Translations under genes and position numbers: made by a program
Assembly (NCBI RefSeq): GCF_029948125.1
Contig: NZ_JASAMB010000002.1
Location: forward strand, 262,479 to 326,478
DNA from: Catellatospora sp. KI3
Lineage (GTDB): Bacteria; Actinomycetota; Actinomycetes; Mycobacteriales; Micromonosporaceae
Reading direction: 5' to 3'
Length of the DNA: 64,000 nt
In this document: positions 48,115-63,142 of the stretch, piece by piece
Numbering within the stretch: position 1 is the stretch's first letter
Layout of the letters: every line of letters starts with the position of its first letter
The notes under the pieces: model-generated
Databases searched by the model: none
What the model was told of the DNA's origin: nothing
What the model saw: only the letters and a program-made list of their open reading frames with translations

Positions 48115-49494
48115 TCAGGCGGCCGAGCGGGTCTGCTCGTTGCGCCACAGCAGCACGTACCCGAGGAAGGTGAACGCCAGCGGCGTGACCAGGGAGTTGT
48201 ACCAGAGCGCGGCCACGAACGAGCCGGTGATCGCGGCCGTGGCCGCCAACCCGATCGGGGACCGGTCGCGCCGGAACCGCCACAGCGCGAACCCGAAGAA
48301 CCCGAAGTAGGTGACCGTGCCCGCCAGCCCGTGCGCGAACAGCAGCTGCCACAGCTGGCCGTTGCCGCCCACGGTGAAGTTGCCGCAGCGCTCGCACGCC
48401 GCTGACTCGCCGACGGTGATCGAGTTGCGGCCGCCCACGGTGTTGCGGGTCGAGCCGAAGCCGAGCACCGGCGACTCGGCGAACCCGGCCAGCGCCCGCT
48501 CGGTGAGGAACATGCGGACGCCGTTGGACTTGCCGTTGTCCATCCGCCGCTCGACCACGCCGCCCAGCGGGGTGGCGGCCAGCGCCACCACCAGCCCGGC
48601 GCCGACTACGCCCAGCGCCACGAGCGCGCGGACGCGTCCGGCCAGCGCCTGGCGGACCGCGACGAACACCGCCGCGACGCCCAGACCGATCCACAGGCCG
48701 CGGTTGAGCGAGTGGACCACCGGGATGACCGACAGCACCAGCGTGGCCACCGCCAGCACCCGGGTGCGCACCGAGGTCCGGTACGCGAACACGGCCACCA
48801 CGAACCACACCACCAGCAGGCAGAAGTTGTTGCCCCAGGTGTTGGTGTAGCCCCACGGCGCGGCCGGGCGGGGCAGCGGGTCGCCGACCAGGTCCATGAT
48901 CTGCGCCGCGTACGGGTGGACCAGCGACTTCACGAAGCTCTTGCCGCGTACGCCGTCGGGCAGCAGCAGCTCGAACGGCGAGGTGAACTCGAACGACCCC
49001 GCGAACGTGCCCAGCAGCCCGCCCGCGACGGTCACCGCGAACAGCCAGCCCAGCAGGTTCACCAGCCGCCGCTGGGTCAGCACGGCGGTGGACAGGTTCC
49101 CGGCGTAGACCAGCAGGACGGTCAGGGCGGCGTACTGGATCAGGCGGAACGCCACCGCGGTGATCCGGTCGCCGAACCCGGCGACGACGGTCCCCTCCGG
49201 ATCGACGTCCAGCACCGCCAGCCCGGCCACGACCGTCGCGCAGAACGACAGCCACAGCCAGAAGCCGGGCGGCAGCCGCACCGGTCGGCCCGAGGTGTGG
49301 CGGCGCCACAGCTGCACCGCCATCGGTACGGCGGCCATCGGGAAGATCAGCACGCCCAGGCCCAGCGCCCACCACAGCGGATACAGCGCCAGCAGCAGCG
49401 TGAGCGGCCAGCCGGGCCCCAGCAGCGACCGGAACCCGGTGCGCGCGGGCGGGGGACCGGCGGGCAGTGCGGTGACCGGGGCCAGGGCGGTCAC
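48115..49494 (-). CDS. O-antigen ligase / polymerase-like (Wzy_C family) integral membrane protein
   Basis: About 460 aa, 10-12 TM helices with a large periplasmic loop. GTG start overlaps the upstream wzc stop (GTGA). Confidence 0.6.
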   Translation of the reverse strand: MTALAPVTALPAGPPPARTGFRSLLGPGWPLTLLLALYPLWWALGLGVLIFPMAAVPMAVQLWRRHTSGRPVRLPPGFWLWLSFCATVVAGLAVLDVDPEGTVVAGFGDRITAVAFRLIQYAALTVLLVYAGNLSTAVLTQRRLVNLLGWLFAVTVAGGLLGTFAGSFEFTSPFELLLPDGVRGKSFVKSLVHPYAAQIMDLVGDPLPRPAAPWGYTNTWGNNFCLLVVWFVVAVFAYRTSVRTRVLAVATLVLSVIPVVHSLNRGLWIGLGVAAVFVAVRQALAGRVRALVALGVVGAGLVVALAATPLGGVVERRMDNGKSNGVRMFLTERALAGFAESPVLGFGSTRNTVGGRNSITVGESAACERCGNFTVGGNGQLWQLLFAHGLAGTVTYFGFFGFALWRFRRDRSPIGLAATAAITGSFVAALWYNSLVTPLAFTFLGYVLLWRNEQTRSAA

Positions 49495-51131
49495 CGGGGG
49501 TGCGCCTCGTCCAGCTCGGCCAGCTCGGAGGCGTCGACCGGGGCGAGCATGATGGTCTGGTCCTCGCCGCGCGGCTTGTGGCCGTTGGTGTGCGGGTCCG
49601 GCTCGGGCGCGGCGGTCTCGACCAGCGCGGGCTCGGGCGTGGCGGCGGGCTTGCGGCGGGCGCGGTGCGCCAGCTTCGGCATGACCACGCCGCCCAGCAG
49701 CACCGTGCCGACCCGGCGCAGCTGCTCGGCCGCGTCGGACAGCTGCGGGCGGCGGGTGCGCCGCAGCTCGACCGCGACGATCGCCGCGTCGGCGAGGCTG
49801 GCCAGGCTCTGCGCGTCGGCGCTGGCCGCGGTCGACGGGGCCTCGATGACCAGGTAGTCGGCGTGGGCCCGCAGCGTCGCCACGATGTCGCGCAGGGCGT
49901 GCGACTGCAGCATGCCCGCGGCGGTGGCGGTGCCGCCGGTGGTGATGACGTGCAGCGAGGGGGTACGCGCCGCGCGCTGCGTCGCCTCGGCCAGGTTGAC
50001 CCGGCCCGCGAGCAGGTCGGACAGGCCCGGCGTCGGGGCGACCCCGAGCAGCTGCGCCAGCGGCGCGCTCTCGGCCAGCGTGTCGGGCACCTGCGCTCCG
50101 ATCAGTACCACCTCGGCCCCCGTCCGCGACAGCGCCGCGGCCAGGTTCGCCGCCACCAGCGTCGCGGCCGGGCCGCGGCTGGCCCCGGTCACCACCACGA
50201 CCTGCTCGCCCGGCTTGAGCGCGGCGACCACCTCGTTGCGCAGCCGGTTGAAGGCCCGCCCGCCGGGGCTGAACGGGGTGAACACCTCGGTGCAGCTCTT
50301 GCCCTTGCCCGACACCGTGCCCAGCACGTCGATCCCGGCCCGGACCAGGTCGCGGCCGCCGTGCACGCGCCGGTCCAGCCGCTGGCGCAGCGCGGCCAGG
50401 CCCAGCCCGGCGAGCAGCCCCAGCAGGGCGCCCGCGGCGTAGTTGACGGCCGGGTTCGGCTTGACCGGGCGGCTGGGCACCCGCGCCTCCTGGATGATCA
50501 CGCCCGCGTTGACCGTCTCGGTGGCCAGCGCGTTGACCCTGTTGTTGAGCTGGTTGATCTGGTTCACCGTGGTGTCGCGCTGGCTGTCCAGCGAGGCGTA
50601 CGCGCTGCTGTTGGAGTGCAGCCCGCTCAGCTTGCCGTTGATGTCGGTGAGGTCGTCGCTCAGCTCCTTGAGCTTGGCCCGCAGCGCGTCGGCCTGCCGG
50701 GTCAGCTCGGCCTTGGCGTTGCCCTCCCGGTTGGCCAGGTAGGACTGCGCGAACGCGTGGGCACCCGCCTGCGCCTCCAGCGGGTCGCCCGCGGTGTACT
50801 CGACCTGCAGCACCGACGTGTTCGGCGGCACCTCGACCGAGACCGACGCGCCGAGCACGTCGACGTCCTGGCGGTTCAGCAGCTTGGCTGCCCCGGCCAC
50901 GACCGGCGTCGAGCGCAGCAGCTGCGCCTCGGTGTCCAGGTTGATCTCGTCGCGGGTACGGCCGCCGGAGACGTTGGCGTCCAGCCCGGCGGGCCGGACC
51001 AGCACCGAGGCGGCCGACACGTACTCGCGCGGCAGCGACTGGTTGTAGGCGGCGCCCGCGGCCACCCCCAGCGCGGTGAGCACCACCGCGATCCACCAGT
51101 GGCGGCGCAGCAGGCCGAGGTAGTCGCTCAT
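49491..51131 (-). CDS. Polysaccharide co-polymerase / tyrosine autokinase (Wzc-like)
   Basis: N-terminal Wzz-type TM plus coiled-coil periplasmic domain. C-terminal CpsD/CapB-type P-loop ATPase (VVVVTGASRGPAATLVAANLAAAL; ITTGG). Confidence 0.7.
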   Translation of the reverse strand: MSDYLGLLRRHWWIAVVLTALGVAAGAAYNQSLPREYVSAASVLVRPAGLDANVSGGRTRDEINLDTEAQLLRSTPVVAGAAKLLNRQDVDVLGASVSVEVPPNTSVLQVEYTAGDPLEAQAGAHAFAQSYLANREGNAKAELTRQADALRAKLKELSDDLTDINGKLSGLHSNSSAYASLDSQRDTTVNQINQLNNRVNALATETVNAGVIIQEARVPSRPVKPNPAVNYAAGALLGLLAGLGLAALRQRLDRRVHGGRDLVRAGIDVLGTVSGKGKSCTEVFTPFSPGGRAFNRLRNEVVAALKPGEQVVVVTGASRGPAATLVAANLAAALSRTGAEVVLIGAQVPDTLAESAPLAQLLGVAPTPGLSDLLAGRVNLAEATQRAARTPSLHVITTGGTATAAGMLQSHALRDIVATLRAHADYLVIEAPSTAASADAQSLASLADAAIVAVELRRTRRPQLSDAAEQLRRVGTVLLGGVVMPKLAHRARRKPAATPEPALVETAAPEPDPHTNGHKPRGEDQTIMLAPVDASELAELDEAHPR

Positions 51132-51173
51132 GTCGTACGACGAGGGGGGTGACCCGGCGTAAGTCGCTTCCAC

Positions 51174-51436
51174 GGCGTGGGCCCTTCTGGCGGCGGTATG
51201 ACGTCCGGTGGGGTCAACGGTCCGGGTGCAGCGACGTAACTGCGCACAAGGTCCGATAAACTGACAAACATGCGTTATCGCAGCTAGAACGCTATATAGG
51301 GATGAAATATCTCAGCGCTGCTTTGACGCCAAAAAGCTCCCAAACCTTCCTAAACGGATATGATGCCCTCGAGGATACGCACAACTGGACATAAATCCAG
51401 CTCGCGTACCGGGGGCTTCGGGGGAAGGGGCGAGCG
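51174..51436. promoter_or_regulatory. AT-rich divergent promoter region between wzc (-) and the secreted GH26-like gene (+)
   Basis: Local drop in GC (e.g. ATAAACTGACAAACATGCGTTATCGCAGCTAGAACGCTATATAGGGATGAAATATCTCAG) in an otherwise >70% GC genome. Intergenic between two divergent transcription units. Confidence 0.4.
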
Positions 51437-54031
51437 ATGAGCAAGACCCGCGTCGGCATCGCGATCACCGTCAGCATGTCGGTTCTGGCTTCGGCGGTCC
51501 TGCTCGGACTGCTGGGCGGGGCGCTGACCCCGCCGCCTGCCCGCGTCTCGGTCACCGAGGACGCGTACACCCTGAGCACCGCGCCCACCGCCGGTGCCGG
51601 CCGCCAGGTCTACCTCACCGCGGGCGGCTACAAGGGCGGAGCGGCGGTCAGCTACCTGAAGTTCCACGTGCAGCTGCCCGAGGGGCGGCGCCCCGACCGG
51701 ATCTGGCTGTGGCTCGGCCGCCACAGCGGCACGCTGCCGCGCGTGGTCGAGCTGACCCAGGTGCCCGACACCCGGTGGCGCCAGAGCACGCTCACCGCCG
51801 CCACCGCGCCGCGCCTGGGCAACGTCGTCTCCTCGGTCACGCCCGGCCGCTACGACCGCGCCGTCGCCTTCGACATCACCCGGGTCGTCAACGGCTCCGG
51901 CTGGTACGCCTTCGCGGTGACCGCGCCGACCGGCAACCAGCTGGCCTACTTCGTCGCGGCGGAGGCAGGTGCCACCAGCACCGGCCCGCCCACGATCACC
52001 TTCGAGTGGAACGCCCTGCCCAGCACGGGCAGCACGCTGCCCGGGGTACCGTCGCCCACGGCGACCGCTTCCGCCACGGCCGCCGCGAGCGCGCAGCCCG
52101 GCGGCACCGCCACGACGACACCGGCCGCCGATCCGATCGGGACGCCCACCCTGACGCCGGACCCGGCCGACCCGTCGCCGGCCGACCCGTCGCCGAGCGA
52201 CGATCAGACCAGCAGCAGCGAACCGGTCCCGGGCAGCCCGGAGCCGAGCGAGTCGCCCGAGGGGCCCGCGCAGGAGCCGGAGCCCAGCCCGGCCGTCTCG
52301 ACCGAGCCGAGCGCCGGCACCTGGCCCGCGCCGTCCGATTCGGCCGAGCCCAGCCCGGAGCCGAGCCCCCTTCCCGACCCGTCCACCTCGGTCGGCCCGG
52401 TCGACCTGCCCGAGCCGTCGACCGCGCCCAGCGTCACCCCGTGGCCGGACTCGTCCTACTCGCCCAGCGAGCAGCCCTGGCCGTCCGCCTCGCCCAGCGC
52501 CGACCCGTGGCCGTCCGCCTCGCCCAGCGTGGACCCGTGGCCGTCCGCGTCGCCGGTGGTCGACCCGTGGCCGACGGACGAGCCGACGACCGGCGAGGAG
52601 CCCTCCTCGGGCCCCAGCCCGACCGACCTGCCCTCGCCGGCCGACCCCGGCACGGACCCGTCCGCCGAGCCCCTGCCCAGCGTCGACCCCGTGCCGAGTG
52701 TCGACCCCGTGCCGAGCATCGAACCTCAGCCCAGCACCGAGCCCGCGCCGAGCACCGAGCCTGAGCCGAGCATCGAACCTGAGCCGAGCATCGAGCCTGC
52801 GCCTAGCGTCGAACCTCAGCCGAGCGTCGAACCTCAGCCGAGCGCCGAGCCCAGTCCGGATCCCACCCTCGACCCGCAGCCCAGCGCCGAGCCGAGCACC
52901 GACCCCGGCACTGAGCCGGGTCCCGAGCCCAGCGTCGAGCCCGAGCCGAGCACCGCGCCCGAGCCCAGCGCGGAACCGAGCGCCGAGCCGCAGCCGAGTG
53001 CTGAGCCGAGCGCCGGACCCAGCACCGGGCCGAGCACCGGGCCCAGCCCGTCGACCGGGCCGGAACTGCCGGCGGACTGCGTGATCGGGGCGAACCTGGT
53101 GCCCACCTGCGGCGCGCTGTGGGGGGTCGCCGCCGGCGCCCACACCCGGCAGAACCGCATCGAGGCCCTGTACGAGTTCGAGCGCCGCACCGACCGCCGC
53201 CAGGTCATCTACCACGCGTACCACCGGGGCACCGAGCTGTTCCCGACCGCGGAGGAGCTGTCCATCACCAAGGACCCGCAGCAGCGGCGGATCCTGTTCC
53301 TCAACTGGAAGCCGCAGCAGGCGAACTGGGCCCAGATCGCCGCGGGCGACCGGGGCACCGAGGCCTACCTCGACCGGCTTGCCGCCCACATCAAGAGCTC
53401 GCTGACCGAGCCGTTCTTCTTCACGATGAACCACGAGCCCGAGAACGACGTGGTCAACCGGCCCGGGTCGGGCATGACCGCCCTGGACTACGCCGCCGCG
53501 TTCCGGCAGGTGGTGACCGGTCTGCGCCAGCGCGGCGTGTCCAACCTGGTCTCGGTGATGTGCTACATGGCCTTCGTGCCGTGGAACGTGAAGGGCTGGT
53601 TCGAGCAGCTGTACCCCGGCGACGACGTGGTCGACTGGGTGGCCTGGGACACCTACGCCTACAGCGAGCCCGGCTACGGCTACGGCGACTTCGCCGAGAT
53701 GATGAACCGGGTCTCCGGCAGCCGCAAGGACTGGCCCGGCTTCTACAACTGGGCCGCGACGTCCTTCCCGGACAAGCCGCTGATGCTGGGCGAGTGGGGG
53801 GTGTGGCACTCCGCCCGCAACCCGCTGCACCAGTCGGAGTTCTTCGACTCGGCCCGGCTGCAGCTGGAGTCGTTCCCGCGGCTGAAGGCGCTGGTCTACT
53901 TCGAGTCGCCCAGCGCCGAGGGGCGCAGCTCGATGATCGACGACACCCCGGCCGGGCTGGCCTCGTTCCAGCGGTTCAGCCAGCACCCGGCCTTCGACAT
54001 CGACACCCTCCCGCTGGGCCGCCGGCGCTAG
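51437..54031 (+). CDS. Secreted multidomain protein: signal peptide + N-terminal beta-sandwich (putative carbohydrate-binding) domain + ~300-aa Pro/Glu/Ser/Thr-rich repeat linker + C-terminal GH26-like hydrolase domain
   Basis: 864 aa. Signal and TM MSKTRVGIAITVSMSVLASAVLLGLL. Linker repeats EPxPSxEP, encoded by DNA tandem repeats at about 52200-53060. C-terminal HEPEND, LMLGEWGVWH and VYFESP segments parallel the 42532-43476 protein. Confidence 0.65.
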   Translation: MSKTRVGIAITVSMSVLASAVLLGLLGGALTPPPARVSVTEDAYTLSTAPTAGAGRQVYLTAGGYKGGAAVSYLKFHVQLPEGRRPDRIWLWLGRHSGTLPRVVELTQVPDTRWRQSTLTAATAPRLGNVVSSVTPGRYDRAVAFDITRVVNGSGWYAFAVTAPTGNQLAYFVAAEAGATSTGPPTITFEWNALPSTGSTLPGVPSPTATASATAAASAQPGGTATTTPAADPIGTPTLTPDPADPSPADPSPSDDQTSSSEPVPGSPEPSESPEGPAQEPEPSPAVSTEPSAGTWPAPSDSAEPSPEPSPLPDPSTSVGPVDLPEPSTAPSVTPWPDSSYSPSEQPWPSASPSADPWPSASPSVDPWPSASPVVDPWPTDEPTTGEEPSSGPSPTDLPSPADPGTDPSAEPLPSVDPVPSVDPVPSIEPQPSTEPAPSTEPEPSIEPEPSIEPAPSVEPQPSVEPQPSAEPSPDPTLDPQPSAEPSTDPGTEPGPEPSVEPEPSTAPEPSAEPSAEPQPSAEPSAGPSTGPSTGPSPSTGPELPADCVIGANLVPTCGALWGVAAGAHTRQNRIEALYEFERRTDRRQVIYHAYHRGTELFPTAEELSITKDPQQRRILFLNWKPQQANWAQIAAGDRGTEAYLDRLAAHIKSSLTEPFFFTMNHEPENDVVNRPGSGMTALDYAAAFRQVVTGLRQRGVSNLVSVMCYMAFVPWNVKGWFEQLYPGDDVVDWVAWDTYAYSEPGYGYGDFAEMMNRVSGSRKDWPGFYNWAATSFPDKPLMLGEWGVWHSARNPLHQSEFFDSARLQLESFPRLKALVYFESPSAEGRSSMIDDTPAGLASFQRFSQHPAFDIDTLPLGRRR

Positions 54032-55641
54032 CGGGGATTGATCCAGCCTTCGTCGGCGAGGTACGCGAGTACCTCGCCGACGGCGTCTTCGATGGTGCCG
54101 GCCGAGGTGTCGAGGACCAGTTCGGCGTCGGTCGGCACCTCGTACGGGTCGTCGATGCCGGTCATGCCGGTGAGCTGCCCGGCGCGGGCGCGGGCGTAGA
54201 GGCCCTTGCGGTCGCGCTGCTCGCACACCTCCAGCGGGGTGGCGACGTAGACCAGCACGAAGTCGGCCCCGGCGGCCACCGCCATCCTCCGCACCGTGGC
54301 GCGGGCGCTGGCGTACGGCGCGATCGGGCAGGCCACGGCCAGGCCGCCGTGCCGGGCCACCTCGGCGGCGACCCAGCCGATGCGGCGGATGTTCAGGTCG
54401 CGGTCGGCCTTGCTGAATCCCAGCCCGGCCGACAGTTCGCGGCGCACCACGTCGCCGTCGAGCACGGTGAGGCTGCGCTCGCCCGTCTCCAGCAGCGCGT
54501 CGGCGACCCCGCGCGCCACCGTGGACTTGCCGGAGCCGCTGAAGCCGGTGAAGAACAGGACCAGGCCCCGCTGGCGGCGCGGCGGCCGGGAGCGGGTCAG
54601 CTCGCGGGCGACCGCGGGCGGGGTGTGCCACTCCGGCAGCGGCAGGCCGTCGTCGAGCAGGCCGGCGATCTCCTCGTCGGTGAGCGCGATCCGCTCGAAC
54701 CGCTCGGGCACCTCGTCGCGGTCGCGCCACTGGCCGTCGCGGCTGTCGTACACCAGCTCGCGCGGGATGAGCACGCGCGGGCCGGCGCCGGTCATCGCAC
54801 CGGGCGTGCCGAGCAGGTGGGTCACCCCGTACGCCGCGGCGACCTTGGCGCGGACCAGGGCGTCGGTGATCTCGTTGCCCCGGTCGACCAGGGGCACGGC
54901 CACGATGATCGGGTCGTGCATCCGGTCCCGGGCGGCCAGCACGCAGCGCACCAGCGCCTCGGCGGTCAGCCCGTCCGGGCCGGGCGCGCCGACCGGGACC
55001 AGCACCAGCAGCTGCGCGTTGAGCTGCCGGGCGGCGTGGTTGAGCTGGGCCAGCTGCGGGCGGTGCAGCGGGCGGTCGGCGAAGAAGCCGAGCACGCGCG
55101 GGGCGGTGATCAGCCCGTGCACCCGCTCGGTGGGCACGCGCAGGCGCGCGAACGGGGCACGGCCGCCGTCACCGGTGCGGGTGACCGGCCCGGCCACCCC
55201 GACCCAGCCCTCGCGGGCGGGCCACACCTCCGTCACGTCCAGGCGCGCCACCGGGGCGCCCTCGGGGTCGGTCAGCAGCAGCGGGGGCCGGTCGGCGACG
55301 TCGATGCCGTCGAGCATGCCCGCGGGCACCTCCAGCTTGACCGGCAGCGGCCAGGGCCGCCCGTCGCCCAGGCGCGCCGTAGCCGCCACCGAACGCAGGT
55401 CGTCGCGGCCGAGGAACCCGCCCAGCGGCGCGTACGCCCCGCTGAGCAGCAGCTCCAGATCGGACAGCTCCGTCGGGTTCGGGGTCCACGACGGTGCGCC
55501 CCGCAACGCCTCGTCGCTCACCACTCGCTCGCTCCGCTCGCTCACGATCGCTCCTGCCTCCCCGACTTCCGGCCGGTCCACTCCTTCGCGCCACTCGCGT
55601 CGTCGCGAGACTAGCGCCCCTCCGTGACCGACAGGTGACAA
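54028..55641 (-). CDS. cysC: Adenylyl-sulfate (APS) kinase with N-terminal ATP-sulfurylase-like (probably catalytically degenerate) domain
   Basis: C-terminal APS kinase P-loop FFTGFSGSGKSTVA. N-terminal segment LSDLELLLSGAYAPLGGFL matches the ATP-sulfurylase N-domain. The canonical QTRN/HRAH motif is replaced (FADRPLHRPQL). True start may be internal. Confidence 0.7.
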   Translation of the reverse strand: MSPVGHGGALVSRRREWREGVDRPEVGEAGAIVSERSERVVSDEALRGAPSWTPNPTELSDLELLLSGAYAPLGGFLGRDDLRSVAATARLGDGRPWPLPVKLEVPAGMLDGIDVADRPPLLLTDPEGAPVARLDVTEVWPAREGWVGVAGPVTRTGDGGRAPFARLRVPTERVHGLITAPRVLGFFADRPLHRPQLAQLNHAARQLNAQLLVLVPVGAPGPDGLTAEALVRCVLAARDRMHDPIIVAVPLVDRGNEITDALVRAKVAAAYGVTHLLGTPGAMTGAGPRVLIPRELVYDSRDGQWRDRDEVPERFERIALTDEEIAGLLDDGLPLPEWHTPPAVARELTRSRPPRRQRGLVLFFTGFSGSGKSTVARGVADALLETGERSLTVLDGDVVRRELSAGLGFSKADRDLNIRRIGWVAAEVARHGGLAVACPIAPYASARATVRRMAVAAGADFVLVYVATPLEVCEQRDRKGLYARARAGQLTGMTGIDDPYEVPTDAELVLDTSAGTIEDAVGEVLAYLADEGWINPR

Positions 55642-55722
55642 GTGTGGCAGCAGGACGCACCCCGGTCGAGTGCACCCGCTGGGAGAACCGTGTGAGTCGC
55701 CTGAGCGGACTCAAAACGCAGG

Positions 55723-58533
<2,811 letters not shown>

Positions 58534-58680
58534 CGCTGGTCCTTCCGCGTCATGTCCCTCTTCGTGCAGTGAAGGACGACGCTGTCCGACCTGAACTCTA
58601 GCCCGCAGCGGCCCTGATCGGCGCTGTGACGCGGACCATCCCACATTCCGCGATCACGCCTCGTGAGGCCACGCGCTTCG

Positions 58681-58743
58681 TGCAGTTTCCGGGAAAGTGC
58701 ACGAATACCGGCCTCGATACCTGCAGTTTCTCCGAAACCGCAC
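58681..58743. repeat. Dispersed palindromic repeat family A, copy 4
   Basis: TGCAGTTTCCGGGAAAGTGCACGAA-taccggcctcgatacc-TGCAGTTTCTCCGAAACCGCAC, in the divergent ppc/mfd intergenic region. Confidence 0.7.
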
Positions 58744-58859
58744 CAAAGCTGCGGGTGGCGCGCGGGTAGGAAAGGGAAGGAGGGGGACGAGGGGGCGGAG
58801 TAGGGTGGGCGCAGGACCCCGCACCTTTCTGGCTGCGGGGCGATTCGGCGTGGCCGAAC

Positions 58860-62443
<3,584 letters not shown>

Positions 62444-62447
<4 letters not shown>

Positions 62448-62926
62448 CCGTGCGCTGGACCGTGGTGGACACGCCGATCGGCCCGCTGAGCTGCGCGGTC
62501 GACGACCTCGGGCTGTGCGCGCTGCAGTTCGGCAAGCTGGACGTGGTCGTGGACGCCGACCGGCGGCTGGACGCGGTCGCCGGGCAGCTGCACGCGTACT
62601 TCGCCGGGGAGCTGGTCGAGTTCACGCTGCCGGTGTCGGTCCGGCGCGGCAGCGACTTCGAACGGGCGGTGTGGGCGCAGCTGTCGCGCATCCCGTACGG
62701 CGAGACGCTGACGTACGGGGAGGTGGCCCGCGCGATCGGGGAGCCGGACGCGGCGCGGGCGGTCGGCGTGGCCTGCAACCGCAACCCGGTCGCGGTGGTG
62801 GTGCCGTGCCACCGGGTGGTCGGCGCGGGCGGCAAGCTGGTCGGCTTCGGCGGGGGCCTGCCCCGCAAGCGCCAGCTCCTGGAACTCGAAGCCCGCGTCC
62901 GCATGGAGCACGACTGGCTCGCCTGA
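62444..62926 (+). CDS. ogt: Methylated-DNA--protein-cysteine methyltransferase
   Basis: PCHRVV active-site motif and a YGE(V/T)xTYGE-type DNA-binding helix. ATG overlaps the mfd stop (ATGA). Confidence 0.85.
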
Positions 62927-62937
62927 CCCCCGTTCTT

Positions 62938-63003
62938 GAATTGACGCTGGCCTATCCAGAGGACGAAATCGCGAGAATCGTGCTCTAGATAGGCCACCGT
63001 CAA
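62938..63003. repeat. Dispersed palindromic repeat family B, copy 3 (inverted relative to copy 2)
   Basis: GAATTGACGCTGGCCTATCCAGAGGA-cgaaatcgcgagaatcg-TGCTCTAGATAGGCCACCGTCAATG. Confidence 0.7.
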
Positions 63004-63142
63004 TGCTAAGTCGGCGCCGTCGAGGGCCTGGGGGCGCCTCGGGGGACTCGGGCGCGGTGGGTGAGGTCGGGGCGCTGTCGGTGGAGACGGCGATGGCCGC
63101 CGTCCCGGGCGGGGCGGCGGCCATCGCGGCGTGGCGAAGCGG

